Positions 49,401 to 60,131 of a DNA stretch of 64,000 nucleotides are shown one piece after another. Every line of letters starts with the position of its first letter. Position 1 is the stretch's first letter. Source of the DNA: Nostoc sp. DedSLP01 (GTDB lineage Bacteria > Cyanobacteriota > Cyanobacteriia > Cyanobacteriales > Nostocaceae); NCBI GenBank assembly GCA_034530875.2, contig JAVRCJ020000001.1, positions 96,001-160,000 of the forward strand. Direction: 5' to 3'. The notes below the pieces were generated by a model, which saw only the letters and a program-made list of their open reading frames with translations, did no database searches and had not been told where the DNA came from. The translations under genes were made by a program, and so were the position numbers.

Positions 49401-50501
49401 CTATTTTTGTCTTGCTTTCCACCTGCGAATAGCATCAGCAGTTCTGGAAATAGGTGGGGCGTATACATCAGAATTATCTTGTTGCGTAATTTGGGGATGT
49501 TTAACTTGGTGATATGTAATTTCGCTGTCTGTAAAGCCGTGATGTAGAATACCTTTTTTGTTCAATCTTTGGTTTGTCAGGCAGTTTTCCAAGTCAGAAA
49601 AATAATTGTCTTGGTTTAAAGCTTTTATTACTTCATCAGCAGTTTGAAAGCGGTCGTGTAAAGAAAATTTCACCATTTTCCCTAAAACTTCAGCAAAGCG
49701 ATCGCTAATATTTACATCTTTTTGCCAACAAAGATCGCCAGTAATTGGGTCTTGGTCAAATTCTAAAGGACTTTTGCCAGTCAACAGATAAATACAAGTT
49801 ACACCGAGGGCATAAATATCACTTGCATAAACTGGACGTAAAGAAAACTGTTCTGGTGGTGCAAATCCCATAGTTCCCACAAAATTGGTGTTGGGAGATA
49901 CATTTATTGAGTTTTCATTAGTATCAATTAATTGTTCTTTCACTGCACCAAAATCGATGAGTACTACCCGTCCGTCATCTTCACGCCGTAATAAATTTTG
50001 CGGCTTAATATCTCGATGAATTACGCGATGTTGATGAAGATACTGTAATACTGGCAATAGTTCCTGTAAAAATTGTTTAACGGCAGCTTCACTTTTAAGC
50101 CCTGTGCGCTTGACTTCGCGTGCCAAAGTCGTGCCTTTTACGTATTCTTGAACTAAGTAAAACTCCCTATCTATTTGAAAGTAGTCCAATAGCATCGGAA
50201 CTTGAGAATGGCTACCGAGTAAAGCCAAGGTTTGTGCTTCTTTTTGAAAGCGCATACATGCTTTTTGCCAGCTTTGACGGCTAGTGGCTTTTGGCGATAG
50301 CTGCTTAATGACACATAAGGGATTTCCTGGTAAGAGGGTATTTTTAGCTAAATACGTGATGCCAAAACCACCTCTACCTAAAACTTGGAGTATTTTATAG
50401 CGATCGCGCAATAATTCCTTGCCACCAGGCATCTGGTTTAGCTCAATTTTTCGGGAAATGCTATCGTAAGAATCCGTAATTTTTTGAAAAAAGCCATTCA
50501 T
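49401..50501 (-). CDS. Soluble Ser/Thr protein kinase
   Basis: GRGGFG, CVIKQL, HRDIKPQN, DFGAVK, GFAPPEQ. Confidence 0.93.
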   Translation of the reverse strand: MNGFFQKITDSYDSISRKIELNQMPGGKELLRDRYKILQVLGRGGFGITYLAKNTLLPGNPLCVIKQLSPKATSRQSWQKACMRFQKEAQTLALLGSHSQVPMLLDYFQIDREFYLVQEYVKGTTLAREVKRTGLKSEAAVKQFLQELLPVLQYLHQHRVIHRDIKPQNLLRREDDGRVVLIDFGAVKEQLIDTNENSINVSPNTNFVGTMGFAPPEQFSLRPVYASDIYALGVTCIYLLTGKSPLEFDQDPITGDLCWQKDVNISDRFAEVLGKMVKFSLHDRFQTADEVIKALNQDNYFSDLENCLTNQRLNKKGILHHGFTDSEITYHQVKHPQITQQDNSDVYAPPISRTADAIRRWKARQK

Positions 50502-50653
50502 TTGTAGAGAATACCTGTTCTTAAGTGTTTTTAATTCTACGATAAATCTCTAGTGGCAACAGTAACATTACTGAAGCTTTGTCAAATCATTACTGCTCTA
50601 TCAGCAAAAATTTAAAAAGCACAACTCAAACACCTATTGCTATTGCAGCTGAT

Positions 50654-51946
50654 TTAGGAGTGCCTCCTAACTCCTGCCTTTGTTGGTAATTCGATCTGGA
50701 ACGTCGAGCCTTGACCTTCACGGCTAATGACATGAATTTGACCGCCGTGAGCCTGGACAATTTGTTGAACGATCGCTAATCCTAACCCAAATCCGCCGCT
50801 ATCTCGTGCCCGTTGTGTATCAACCCGGTAAAAGCGATCGAAAATATAAGGTAAATCTGCCTCTGGAATTCCAATTCCGGTATCGCTTACCTGAATCACT
50901 GCTCGATCTGAGTGAGGTTCTAAGCGCAACCATACCGTTCCACCAGAGGGAGTGTATTTGTAAGCGTTATCGAGCAAATTTTCAACAGCTAGCCGCAGCA
51001 AATCACAGTCAGCCCACAAGTGAATGGGTTGTTCTGGGAAATTGGCGATCGACTCAATCGACGCTTTTGCAGCAACACTGGTATAGCGAACGGCTAAATT
51101 CTCTAGCAAGCTAGTAAGATTAACCTTTTTCAGAAATTCAGGAGTTAATTTTCCCTGATGCCTAGCTAACAGCAGTAGGTTATTGACCAAGTTACTCATC
51201 GACTTGGCGCTATCAATGATGTTCTCCACTGAAGGGTGAATTGGGGAATAGTCTGCCGCTATTAATAACCCGACTTGGGCATTAGTCAAAATTGCAGAAA
51301 GGGGCGATCGCAATTCATGGGAAGCATCTGATGTAAAGCGTTGCAGTTGGTTATAGGCTTCCTGAATAGGTTGCATAGCTATGCCACCGAGTACCCAACC
51401 TGTAAGTCCAATGAAGCCCAGTGCTACAGGCACAGCTACGGTCAACATTAACTGAAATTGTCTGAGATCGTTTTGAGTCTCTTCCAGGGGAATAGCCACT
51501 TGCAGATAGCCGATGATGGAATTTCCTCCTTCAACAGGTAGTGTAACTTGACGCAGCAAAAGCCCCTCGTTTGTCAGGGTATCGGCAGATTTAATCGTGA
51601 GAAACTCAGATCCTATTTCTAACTGTTCTGGAGGTGGAGTCCCAAAAAACCGCTTGAGTTTACCATTCGGGTCATACCAGCGAACATAAACCAGTTCAAG
51701 ATCGGCAGGGTGAGAACCATTACCCAATAGCGGTATATTGCTCAAATCGACTTGTTTTTTTCCTTGATACAGCCGATACTGCGAACTAGCTGCCATCAGT
51801 TCTGCTCTTTTATAAAGCAGTCGATCTAAGGCGTTGAGTTTGTCTTTAACCTCAATGTGATAAATTACCCCAGCAAAGAGAACGAGAATGCACCCCATCG
51901 AAAGGGTAAACCAACGAGCTAAATTACGACGACTGCGGTTAAACAC
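50654..51946 (-). CDS. rppB: Sensor histidine kinase, RppB-like
   Basis: [19 protein letters not shown]-terminus; H-box [21 protein letters not shown]. Confidence 0.8.
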   Translation of the reverse strand: MFNRSRRNLARWFTLSMGCILVLFAGVIYHIEVKDKLNALDRLLYKRAELMAASSQYRLYQGKKQVDLSNIPLLGNGSHPADLELVYVRWYDPNGKLKRFFGTPPPEQLEIGSEFLTIKSADTLTNEGLLLRQVTLPVEGGNSIIGYLQVAIPLEETQNDLRQFQLMLTVAVPVALGFIGLTGWVLGGIAMQPIQEAYNQLQRFTSDASHELRSPLSAILTNAQVGLLIAADYSPIHPSVENIIDSAKSMSNLVNNLLLLARHQGKLTPEFLKKVNLTSLLENLAVRYTSVAAKASIESIANFPEQPIHLWADCDLLRLAVENLLDNAYKYTPSGGTVWLRLEPHSDRAVIQVSDTGIGIPEADLPYIFDRFYRVDTQRARDSGGFGLGLAIVQQIVQAHGGQIHVISREGQGSTFQIELPTKAGVRRHS

Positions 51947-52089
51947 AACTGATGCTAATTCGTAATTACTGACTTGTAAGTAGGGAGTAGGGAGTGGGGA
52001 GTAGGGAGTGGGGAAAGGCCAATTTCATACTTGGTGGGGGAACTTGTTTCATCGGGACTGCCCTCTGCCTTCTGCCTTCTGCCTCCGGT

Positions 52090-52773
52090 TCAAGTTGCTT
52101 CTGGAGGGTTGAGGCGATAGCCCATACCATAGACAGTTTCAATCCAATCGGCTGCTGCTACTGTTTGCAGACGTTGGCGAAGTTTACGAACTAAAACGGT
52201 GATTGCATTGCTCTCCGGCTCTTTACCCCATTCCCATACAGCTTGCTCAATCTGGTTACGAGTCAGGACTTGGCGAGGATGACGCATGAAATACTCTAGT
52301 AACTGAAATTCTTGACTGGAAAGGGAGACAACTGCCCCTTGTCGCTTTAAAGTTAGCGTGTCGAGGTCGAGGTCGAGGTCTGCCAAGCGGAGGGTGTCTC
52401 CTTGCCAAAGGGGCGATCGCCTCCTCAAAGCCCGCACCCGCGCCATAAACTCTGTAATATCAATTGGTTTGACTAGGTAATCATCTGCTCCTGCATCTAA
52501 GCCCATGACTTTATCAAGCGTGGTATCTTTTGCCGCGATCATTAATATAGGAGCTGTTTTTCCCACCGCCCGATACTGTTGACACAAACTCACCCCACTA
52601 ATTCGAGGTAACATCCAATCTAAAATCAACAGGTCATATTCTTTTTCGGCCAAGAGCCATTGAGCAGTTTCACCATCCTTGACACCATCGACGCTGTGTC
52701 CAGCCTGAGAGAGAACCGTTTGTAGTGGCATTAATTGTTTTGGATCGTCCTCTACCAGTAAGATTTTCATCAC
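52090..52773 (-). CDS. rppA: OmpR-family response regulator, RppA-like
   Basis: LVEDD, LDWMLP, ADDYLVKP, LRRRSP, wHTH ETVYGMGY; upstream of the RppB-like kinase. Confidence 0.8.
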   Translation of the reverse strand: MMKILLVEDDPKQLMPLQTVLSQAGHSVDGVKDGETAQWLLAEKEYDLLILDWMLPRISGVSLCQQYRAVGKTAPILMIAAKDTTLDKVMGLDAGADDYLVKPIDITEFMARVRALRRRSPLWQGDTLRLADLDLDLDTLTLKRQGAVVSLSSQEFQLLEYFMRHPRQVLTRNQIEQAVWEWGKEPESNAITVLVRKLRQRLQTVAAADWIETVYGMGYRLNPPEAT

Positions 52774-52865
52774 CGTTATAAACTTGTGCTTGTTTACAAT
52801 AATGGATTGAAGCGATTTCAGCGTCCTTCATTAGTCACATTTGAGAAAATTGTCTATCCTATTCG

Positions 52866-52974
52866 GATATATAGCAATCCTAAATGAGTTACAAACAAAT
52901 CTACTCCCCATTCCCTACCCCCTACTCCCTCCCTTCATGAGTAGTTTATAAATCAAATAGGATTGTTATATATC
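52866..52974. mobile_element. MITE-like element in the rppA divergent intergenic region
   Basis: GATATATAGCAATCCTA…TAGGATTGTTATATATC terminal repeats with one mismatch. Confidence 0.65.
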
Positions 52975-53010
52975 GAGTGTGACCTAGCAAAATCACCAAG
53001 CAGGTGCCCG

Positions 53011-53397
53011 ATGTGGCGTATTAGTAAACGTTGGCTGCAAGGCCTTGGATTAGAGTTTTGGTTGCCTCTACCACTAGTAGCGGTTGTATTTTGGCTTGGC
53101 TGTAATTTCCTAACTGCCCAAGAGTTAAATCGACCCAATTCTACAACAAATAAACTTCAGTCAGATACCCAACTCGAGGCACGAATATCAGTCAATGTGT
53201 TGCTGATCAACGCCGCTGTCAATCGAACTCAGAAAATTACTCAGGTTGAAGTAGAAACAGCAGACCCCATCCTGAAGCGATTGGAATTAGAACTTCCAAC
53301 AATAGAATTCAAGCAAATAGAAGCGACAATTGCCCAAGAATTAGGTTTACCTCGCCAGGATGTTAGAAAGTTAGTACGCTATGAACTTGTCGAATAA
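53011..53397 (+). CDS. Conserved hypothetical single-TM protein divergent from rppA
   Basis: LGLEFWLPLPL TM; C-terminal IEATIAQELGL…VRKLVRY. Confidence 0.7.
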   Translation: MWRISKRWLQGLGLEFWLPLPLVAVVFWLGCNFLTAQELNRPNSTTNKLQSDTQLEARISVNVLLINAAVNRTQKITQVEVETADPILKRLELELPTIEFKQIEATIAQELGLPRQDVRKLVRYELVE

Positions 53398-53551
53398 CAT
53401 CCTCGATAGTCTGACTAATCATCAACTTTTAGTTTGAGGATAAATGCGATCCAAAAGTGAAATTTGAGTAAGAGCAACGATTTATTCACTTTTCGTTCAC
53501 ATTTATCAGTAATCCTGAAATAGAGGCATATCTGCCAAACTAACCCAACTA

Positions 53552-53640
53552 ATACCAATTCAAAATTCAAAATTAAGAAATCTTTGTTTTACAAGGGTTT
53601 CTGGATTTCGATCTGTTTCAATCTTTTAGTGAATTGGTAT
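53552..53640. mobile_element. MITE-like element (ATACCAATTCA family), second copy
   Basis: ATACCAATTCA…TGAATTGGTAT perfect 11-bp terminal repeats. Confidence 0.65.
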
Positions 53641-53761
53641 AAGGTGTAAAACTCATAGCCGATCCTATACGGCTCATCGCACTACAAAATTATAGTTTCC
53701 TACTCTTTGGATATTAATAAAACTGCGTTTTCAACTTACTTATTTTATAGGAGACGTTGTT

Positions 53762-54307
53762 ATGAATTTTCATGCAGTTAAAAATGCAATGGGCATTATT
53801 TCTACGCGTAAAGCTGCGGAACAGGTGCTTGATGAACTCACAGCAATTGACTTTCCCATGCATAAAATTTCTGTATTTACTTTAGACTCTAAACGCGAAA
53901 ATTTGCACGACGATGCTAATGCGGATAAACATAACATAACTCCCCTAGAAGGTGCTAAAGCAGGCGCAATTACAGGAGGAACAGCTGGAGGCTTGCTAAC
54001 ACTCACAGCCGGACTTGGCATATTAGTGATTCCCGGTTTCGGGCCGGCATTAGCCGTTGAATCTGTGCTGAGTACGCTGCTAGCAGGTGGAGCAAGTGCG
54101 ATTTTTGGCAGTATGTATGGTGCATTTCAAGGTTGGTTTGCTCCCAAAAGGGTAGCTAGCCTCTCTGAAGTAAATAGCTTACAAGAAGAATTTTTGGTGC
54201 TGGTAGAGGGAACAGCAGATGAAATATGGCAAGCAGAATCAATTCTCCGTTACTGGGGTGTGCGAGAGTGGCATGTTTATGAATTTAACAAAAGATTCTC
54301 GTATTAA
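53762..54307 (+). CDS. General-stress-type membrane protein with glycine-zipper helices
   Basis: GAKAGAITGGTAGGLL…IPGFGPALA…FLVLVEG. Confidence 0.7.
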   Translation: MNFHAVKNAMGIISTRKAAEQVLDELTAIDFPMHKISVFTLDSKRENLHDDANADKHNITPLEGAKAGAITGGTAGGLLTLTAGLGILVIPGFGPALAVESVLSTLLAGGASAIFGSMYGAFQGWFAPKRVASLSEVNSLQEEFLVLVEGTADEIWQAESILRYWGVREWHVYEFNKRFSY

Positions 54308-54415
54308 TAACAATTGAAAAAAGAAAAGTACAGATTCAAATAGATAAATCCAGATTAAATCTGATGAGTCTTAATTACGAATCAATTTAACTGTTACTTG
54401 AATTTGGAGACACAG

Positions 54416-57166
54416 ATGACAGCAGAAACGATCGCTACAAATACTTATGCTGATTCCACACAAGATTTACTCAACTATGAATGGCATACTCTGACGGAAC
54501 AAAAACTTCTGCAAACCTTAGCCAGCCATCCAGAAGCAGGTTTGACTCATCAAGAAGCTACCAGACGCCATCAACAGATGGGTGCAAATCAACTAACTAC
54601 TAAAGGTGGCAAAAGTCCTTGGTTAAGATTTTTAGAGCAATTTAATCAACCACTTCTATATATATTGCTGAGTGCGGGAGTGGTGACTTTGCTGCTGCAA
54701 GATTGGATAGATGCAGGAGTAATTTTTGGTGTCACCCTAATTAATGTCATCATTGGCTACATTCAAGAATCGAAAGCAGAAGGTGCGATCGCTGCTCTAT
54801 CTGAAGCTGTGACTACGGAAGCAACTGTGATTCGCGATGGCCAAAAAACTCGTTTGGCTTCGACAGAAGTTGTTGTGGGTGATTTGGTACTACTGGCATC
54901 TGGGGATAAAGTACCTGCGGATCTGCGGTTATTAAGCGTGCGTGGGTTACAAGTTGACGAGTCTGCTTTAACAGGAGAATCGGTTCCGGTGGAGAAAGCA
55001 ACTCCATCGCTGGCTGTCGAAACCCCATTGGCCGAACGCAGCAATATGGCATATACAGGAAGTTTCGTCACCTTTGGACAGGGAGAAGGGATTGTAGTGG
55101 CGATCGCAGATGCTACCGAAACAGGCCGGATCTCGCAGTTAATTGAAAGCAGCACAACTGTGAAAACACCCCTGACACGGAATATTGACAAATTTAGCAA
55201 AACGTTGTTGTATGTCATCTTAGGTTTGGCTGCTCTCACATTTGCAGTCGGGTTAGGACAAGGCGGATCTTGGATTGATGTTTTCAAGGCGGCTGTAGCT
55301 CTGGTAGTCAGCGCGGTTCCGGAAGGATTACCTGTAATTGTCACAGTCACCTTAGCCATTGGAGTTTCCCGGATGGCACGACGTCACGCGATTATTCGCA
55401 AGTTACCCGCAGTGGAAACATTGGGAAGTACCACCGTTATCTGCTCTGACAAAACTGGCACGTTAACTGAAAATCAGATGACGGTTCAGAAGATTTATGC
55501 AGGCGGACAACACTACACCGTCAGCGGCATTGGTTATGCCCCAGATGGAGAAATCTTGCTGCATCAGCAGCCGATTGATTTGAATGCAGATGGAAATGAT
55601 GCTGTTTGGGAATCTTTAACAGCGGGATTGCTGTGCAATGATTCTCACATCGAATGGCGAGATGGAGAGTGGAACTTAGTCGGAACCCCAACTGAGGGGG
55701 CATTGATTGCAGCTGCGAATAAAGTAGGATTGACGGCAGAGAATCTAGAAAAAGCATTACCGAGAATAGATACGATTCCCTTTGAGTCGGAATTTCAATA
55801 CATGGCGACTTTGCATAAATTAGATGCAAAGCGAGGGCTGAATGTGATTTATCTCAAAGGTTCTGTGGAGGCAATTCTCCAACGATGCGATCGCATTTTC
55901 GACGCCCAAGGACAACAAACTGCGCTCAATCCTAGCCTAGTGGAACGGGAAGTTGCTGATATGGCAAAACAAGGGTTACGAGTGCTAGCTTTTGCGAAAA
56001 AAGAAGTTGCCGCTAAACGCTCTTTAAATCGCCATGATATCGATGGAGGATTGATTTTCCTGGGGCTTCAAGGCATCATCGATCCCCCCCGTGAGGAAGC
56101 GATCGCGGCAGTCAACGCCTGTCAATCTGCTGGGATTCAGGTGAAGATGATTACTGGAGACCATGCCCTCACAGCAGCTGCCATCGCCCGCCAAATGGGA
56201 ATTTGCTCCAATGAAGAACAAGTTTTCACAGGACAGCAATTAACTCAGATGGATGAAAAAACATTTGCCCAAGCAGCTGAGGAAGGCATGGTATTTGCGC
56301 GAGTTGCTCCAGAACAAAAGTTGCGTCTAGTGAAAGCGTTGCAGAACGAGGGCGAAATTGTTGCTATGACTGGAGATGGTGTCAATGATGCCGCTGCTCT
56401 CAAGCAAGCAGATATTGGTGTAGCGATGGGTCTAGCTGGGGCAGAGGTTACCAAAGAATCTGCCGATATGCTTCTAACTGACGATAACTTCGCCTCAATT
56501 GAAGCTGCTGTGGAGGAAGGGCGGGGAGTTTACCGCAACTTGCGAAAAGCGATCGCTTTTTTGCTGCCCATCAATGTTGGAGAATCGATGACGATTTTAA
56601 TTGCCATTCTCCTGGCAACTGCGCTTCCCATCTTACCAATCCAAATTCTCTGGCTGAACATGGTTAGTTCGGTAGGCTTGATTGCTCCTTTAGCCTTTGA
56701 GCCAAAATCTGGACAGGTGATGCAACAACCACCGCGCAACCCCAGAGAAAAGCTTTTATCGGGTGGGTTACTCCAACGCATCTTGGCGATTTCCGTTTTC
56801 AATTGGCTAGTAATTTTTGGCATGTTTCAATGGATACTTCAAACTACAGGCAATGAAGCTTTGGCTCGCACGATGGCGATAAATGGGTTGGTGGCAGCAG
56901 AGGTGTTTTACCTGTTAAGCATTACGCAGTTTTTACCATCTTTAGTTGCCAGAATCAAAGGTAAACCCACGCGCATAGCATATCCACCTGCGATCGGAAT
57001 TGTAGTTGTAGTGACTTTACAATTTCTGTTCTCTCAGTGGAGCATCATGAATCAGTTTTTTGACACGACACCTTTGACATTGACCCAAGCTATCATTTGT
57101 ATGGGTGTAGGTTTGCCAATAGTGTTGATAGCTCTAATCTTGCAGCATTTCGATCCGGTTAACTAA
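54416..57166 (+). CDS. P-type (P2A-like) cation-transporting ATPase
   Basis: TGES, PEGL, DKTGTLT, KGS.E, MITGD, TGDGVND; start at 54416 or 54398. Confidence 0.95.
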   Translation: MTAETIATNTYADSTQDLLNYEWHTLTEQKLLQTLASHPEAGLTHQEATRRHQQMGANQLTTKGGKSPWLRFLEQFNQPLLYILLSAGVVTLLLQDWIDAGVIFGVTLINVIIGYIQESKAEGAIAALSEAVTTEATVIRDGQKTRLASTEVVVGDLVLLASGDKVPADLRLLSVRGLQVDESALTGESVPVEKATPSLAVETPLAERSNMAYTGSFVTFGQGEGIVVAIADATETGRISQLIESSTTVKTPLTRNIDKFSKTLLYVILGLAALTFAVGLGQGGSWIDVFKAAVALVVSAVPEGLPVIVTVTLAIGVSRMARRHAIIRKLPAVETLGSTTVICSDKTGTLTENQMTVQKIYAGGQHYTVSGIGYAPDGEILLHQQPIDLNADGNDAVWESLTAGLLCNDSHIEWRDGEWNLVGTPTEGALIAAANKVGLTAENLEKALPRIDTIPFESEFQYMATLHKLDAKRGLNVIYLKGSVEAILQRCDRIFDAQGQQTALNPSLVEREVADMAKQGLRVLAFAKKEVAAKRSLNRHDIDGGLIFLGLQGIIDPPREEAIAAVNACQSAGIQVKMITGDHALTAAAIARQMGICSNEEQVFTGQQLTQMDEKTFAQAAEEGMVFARVAPEQKLRLVKALQNEGEIVAMTGDGVNDAAALKQADIGVAMGLAGAEVTKESADMLLTDDNFASIEAAVEEGRGVYRNLRKAIAFLLPINVGESMTILIAILLATALPILPIQILWLNMVSSVGLIAPLAFEPKSGQVMQQPPRNPREKLLSGGLLQRILAISVFNWLVIFGMFQWILQTTGNEALARTMAINGLVAAEVFYLLSITQFLPSLVARIKGKPTRIAYPPAIGIVVVVTLQFLFSQWSIMNQFFDTTPLTLTQAIICMGVGLPIVLIALILQHFDPVN

Positions 57167-57192
57167 GGATGGTGCTATTAGCCTACAACGAA

Positions 57193-57221
57193 ATCCCCGA
57201 CTGATTTAAAAAGTCGGGGAT
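57193..57221. terminator. Hairpin between convergent ATPase and GH57 genes
   Basis: ATCCCCGACT…AGTCGGGGAT 10-bp stem. Confidence 0.6.
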
Positions 57222-57255
57222 CTGAGGCTTGCAAATTGTACAAATTAAAAAAGTT

Positions 57256-59490
57256 CTAAGGCACTTCGATGGGAATCAAAGCATTTTCTGGGTAGTAGTT
57301 GCAAAAACGTCCTTCATCTGCAAGCACTACAATTAGGCGCAGGGGATAATCTGGCGGAACTTGTAAATCTGCCCAGGGTACTGACAACTCTAAACAACTA
57401 TTGAAAGCTGCTTGGGCGCGACTCACGCGGGGATGCCATTGAAAATTGTCTCCAGCTTCTCGAAAATAAACCGATTGCGTCAGCAAATTAATTTCTAGAA
57501 GATGGTGAAAATGGTAATTCATCGGGGCTAAATCTGGAACATCAGCCAGGGGAACTGGGCTGTTAACCATTGTTTTTTCTGGATAGTACCACAGCAAATT
57601 TAACTCTGTTGGCAAATTCCGCCCCGGTGTAGCACCGCTTTTAAAGTCCACTCGCAAATAGAAATTTAGGTGATCTACCCCATACCAAAGTCGCTGGACA
57701 ACACTACTGTTGTGCATGGTTCCCCGCGCCCCACCAACTTCTATGCGTCCAGCTTTGTCCCAATCTTGTTCGTCACCTTTGCCATCAATGACTGGATGAA
57801 TAAAACTTTGCGGGCGGTGGTCTGCTTGTGCTTGGTGAACCTCGACTGGTTGTTTGAGATAAGGCGGTACGGGTTCATTCAAGGCTTTGTAAATGCCAAA
57901 CAGATGTTCTCGAAACAACTGGTCAAAGACGGCATCTTGATTTGAGGAGTGGCCGACGCCAAACCACCAGAACCAATCGGAACCTTCTGCGGCATACAAT
58001 GCTTCCCAAGCTTCTGGGTTGTTTTCTTCCGTTGCTTCTGGATGACTCGCCAATAAATCCCTCGCTTGTGTGAGGTAATCCCAAGCCCGATTTTTGGCAG
58101 GATCGCCAATCCAAGTTGTGAAACTGCCATCGACCCAAGAACCGCTATGTAATTGTCCTCCGGGGATAGTGGCTGTGGGTGGAAATTGTTCGATAAATTC
58201 GGAGACGGTAACGAGTTTGAGGTGGGGTTCGTTGCTTAAGGTTTGATACAAAGCTTCTAGGAAGGGTTTACCGTCTTGGGGGTAATATTCCCAGCAATTC
58301 TCGCCATCCAAAGCGATGGTAACTAGCCAAGGTTCTTGGCTGTGGCTTTCTCTTTGCATTTTGGCGATCGCTTGCAAATGTCCCACTAAGTCCGCTGCTG
58401 CCTGTTTTGCTGGCATCGCGCCGTAGGTAAAGCCAATCAAATCTGATAATCTATGATCGCGAAACACAATTGACAACTCACCTGCTGGAGTTTCCAAGCG
58501 ATACGGGCGATACAAGAGTTCTGGTTGCTCTACGTTCCCTGCCCCATCGCGATGGAAAAAGTGTTTTAGCGTCCATCCCAAAACTGCTTCATCTGAGCAT
58601 ATCCACTTAAAGCCTTGGTCAATAATATACGGAAGTATTTTCGGGCTTACTGACTGTTCTGAAGGCCATAAACCACGGGGTTTCTGCCCAAAACGGTCTT
58701 TATAAAAGTCCCAGGCTTTCCTTAAATGACGCGGGATATCTTCTGCCCACTGAAAACGGTGTTGAGGTAGCGTCATATTGGGCACAGCTACCCGACCGGA
58801 GTTAGTATCAGCTAACAAAGGTAAAATCGGGTGAGTGTAAGGCGTGGTGGTCACTTCTAACTGTCCCGCCTCCTGCATTTTCCGATGTTGGGGAATTATG
58901 CGGCTGAGGATTTCTCGCTGTTTGGAATAAATACGCTGGCGATCGCTTAAAGTAAAATTCCGACCCTGCTTTAACCAAGCAGCAATTTCCGGGTCATCCC
59001 AAAACAGCGGATCGATCCAAGCTAAATTGTGCCAAGCCAACAAATCAGCATAATCTGACAATCCCCAATTTGCCAAACACCAACTTTGCCCTTTTTCCTG
59101 CCTTTGATGATACAACTCGGCATAACGGGGATGAGGATCTATGAGGGTATGGTGATTAGCATCAAAAAAATGTTGAATAATAAATTCCCGCTGTTGCTGG
59201 GTGAGTTGGTCTTCTGGCGTCAAACTAGCTGTGAGGTAAGGGTCAAAAGCAGTGCCAGCAATATAATCTTCGAGTTGTAAAATCAGCGATGGAACTAAAT
59301 TCACCGTTTGGTGTAACTTAGGATACCGTTCGAGAATTAATATCAAATCTAAATAATCTTTAGTGCCATGCAAGCGTACCCAAGGCAAGCGGTACTGCTG
59401 GCTGTGAGATAGCGAAACGCCGCTGCCAGGAGATTTGTACAGCGGCTGGTGTTGATGCCAAATAAAAGCGACGTAAAGTGGGTGAGACAT
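57256..59490 (-). CDS. Glycoside hydrolase family 57 (amylopullulanase-like)
   Basis: WHQHQP, HPILPLL, GLWPSEQ, ALDGENCWE, AEGSDWFWW. Confidence 0.93.
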   Translation of the reverse strand: MSHPLYVAFIWHQHQPLYKSPGSGVSLSHSQQYRLPWVRLHGTKDYLDLILILERYPKLHQTVNLVPSLILQLEDYIAGTAFDPYLTASLTPEDQLTQQQREFIIQHFFDANHHTLIDPHPRYAELYHQRQEKGQSWCLANWGLSDYADLLAWHNLAWIDPLFWDDPEIAAWLKQGRNFTLSDRQRIYSKQREILSRIIPQHRKMQEAGQLEVTTTPYTHPILPLLADTNSGRVAVPNMTLPQHRFQWAEDIPRHLRKAWDFYKDRFGQKPRGLWPSEQSVSPKILPYIIDQGFKWICSDEAVLGWTLKHFFHRDGAGNVEQPELLYRPYRLETPAGELSIVFRDHRLSDLIGFTYGAMPAKQAAADLVGHLQAIAKMQRESHSQEPWLVTIALDGENCWEYYPQDGKPFLEALYQTLSNEPHLKLVTVSEFIEQFPPTATIPGGQLHSGSWVDGSFTTWIGDPAKNRAWDYLTQARDLLASHPEATEENNPEAWEALYAAEGSDWFWWFGVGHSSNQDAVFDQLFREHLFGIYKALNEPVPPYLKQPVEVHQAQADHRPQSFIHPVIDGKGDEQDWDKAGRIEVGGARGTMHNSSVVQRLWYGVDHLNFYLRVDFKSGATPGRNLPTELNLLWYYPEKTMVNSPVPLADVPDLAPMNYHFHHLLEINLLTQSVYFREAGDNFQWHPRVSRAQAAFNSCLELSVPWADLQVPPDYPLRLIVVLADEGRFCNYYPENALIPIEVP

Positions 59491-59568
59491 AAGAATAGCC
59501 AAGAGTAAGGAGTAAAGAGTGAGGAGTTAACTTAATACTCATAACTCCTAACTCATAACTCCTAACTT

Positions 59569-59799
59569 TTACACCACTTGTTCAACTTCTGCAATTTCGG
59601 GAATCATTTCCCGCAGGCGGCGTTCAATACCCATTCTTAAAGTCATTGTAGAACTTGGGCAAGAACCACAAGCGCCTTGCAACCGGAGTTTGACAATAGG
59701 GCCATCGAGTTCTACAAGTTCCACATTGCCACCATCAGACATGAGATAAGGGCGCATTTCATCTAAGACTGTTTCAACGTTGTCAATTGTTAGTTCCAT
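59569..59799 (-). CDS. nfuA: NifU C-terminal domain Fe-S carrier (NfuA/CnfU)
   Basis: [14 protein letters not shown]…[15 protein letters not shown]. Confidence 0.93.
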   Translation of the reverse strand: MELTIDNVETVLDEMRPYLMSDGGNVELVELDGPIVKLRLQGACGSCPSSTMTLRMGIERRLREMIPEIAEVEQVV

Positions 59800-60131
59800 A
59801 GTTTTAGACCTACTCAGTTAAGGATGGGCATTGGAAGAGGCAGGGGCAGGGGGCACAGGGGCAAAGTAGAAAGATTTGCACTAATAACTTCTCCCTTGCT
59901 TCCCCGGTCCTCTAGTCGCCAGTTCATGTACGCTATGCGTGGTTACTCACTACCCATTATCCAAAATTTTGTTTTCCAGCTTTGTTAAATCGATCCTAAA
60001 TCTAATTGTTACTAGATTGTTAGCTGTCAAATTTTCATGACTGGTAAAGGGGACTGAGGAATGGAGAAGTTGCAGCAGTTTTTCCTCTCTGCCTCTTGCA
60101 ACACCTATCCTTAACTTAACACTTCTTAGCA

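Noticed and set aside
54763..55359. 198-aa minus-strand ORF
   Set aside because: Entirely antisense to the conserved P-type ATPase, with no recognisable motifs
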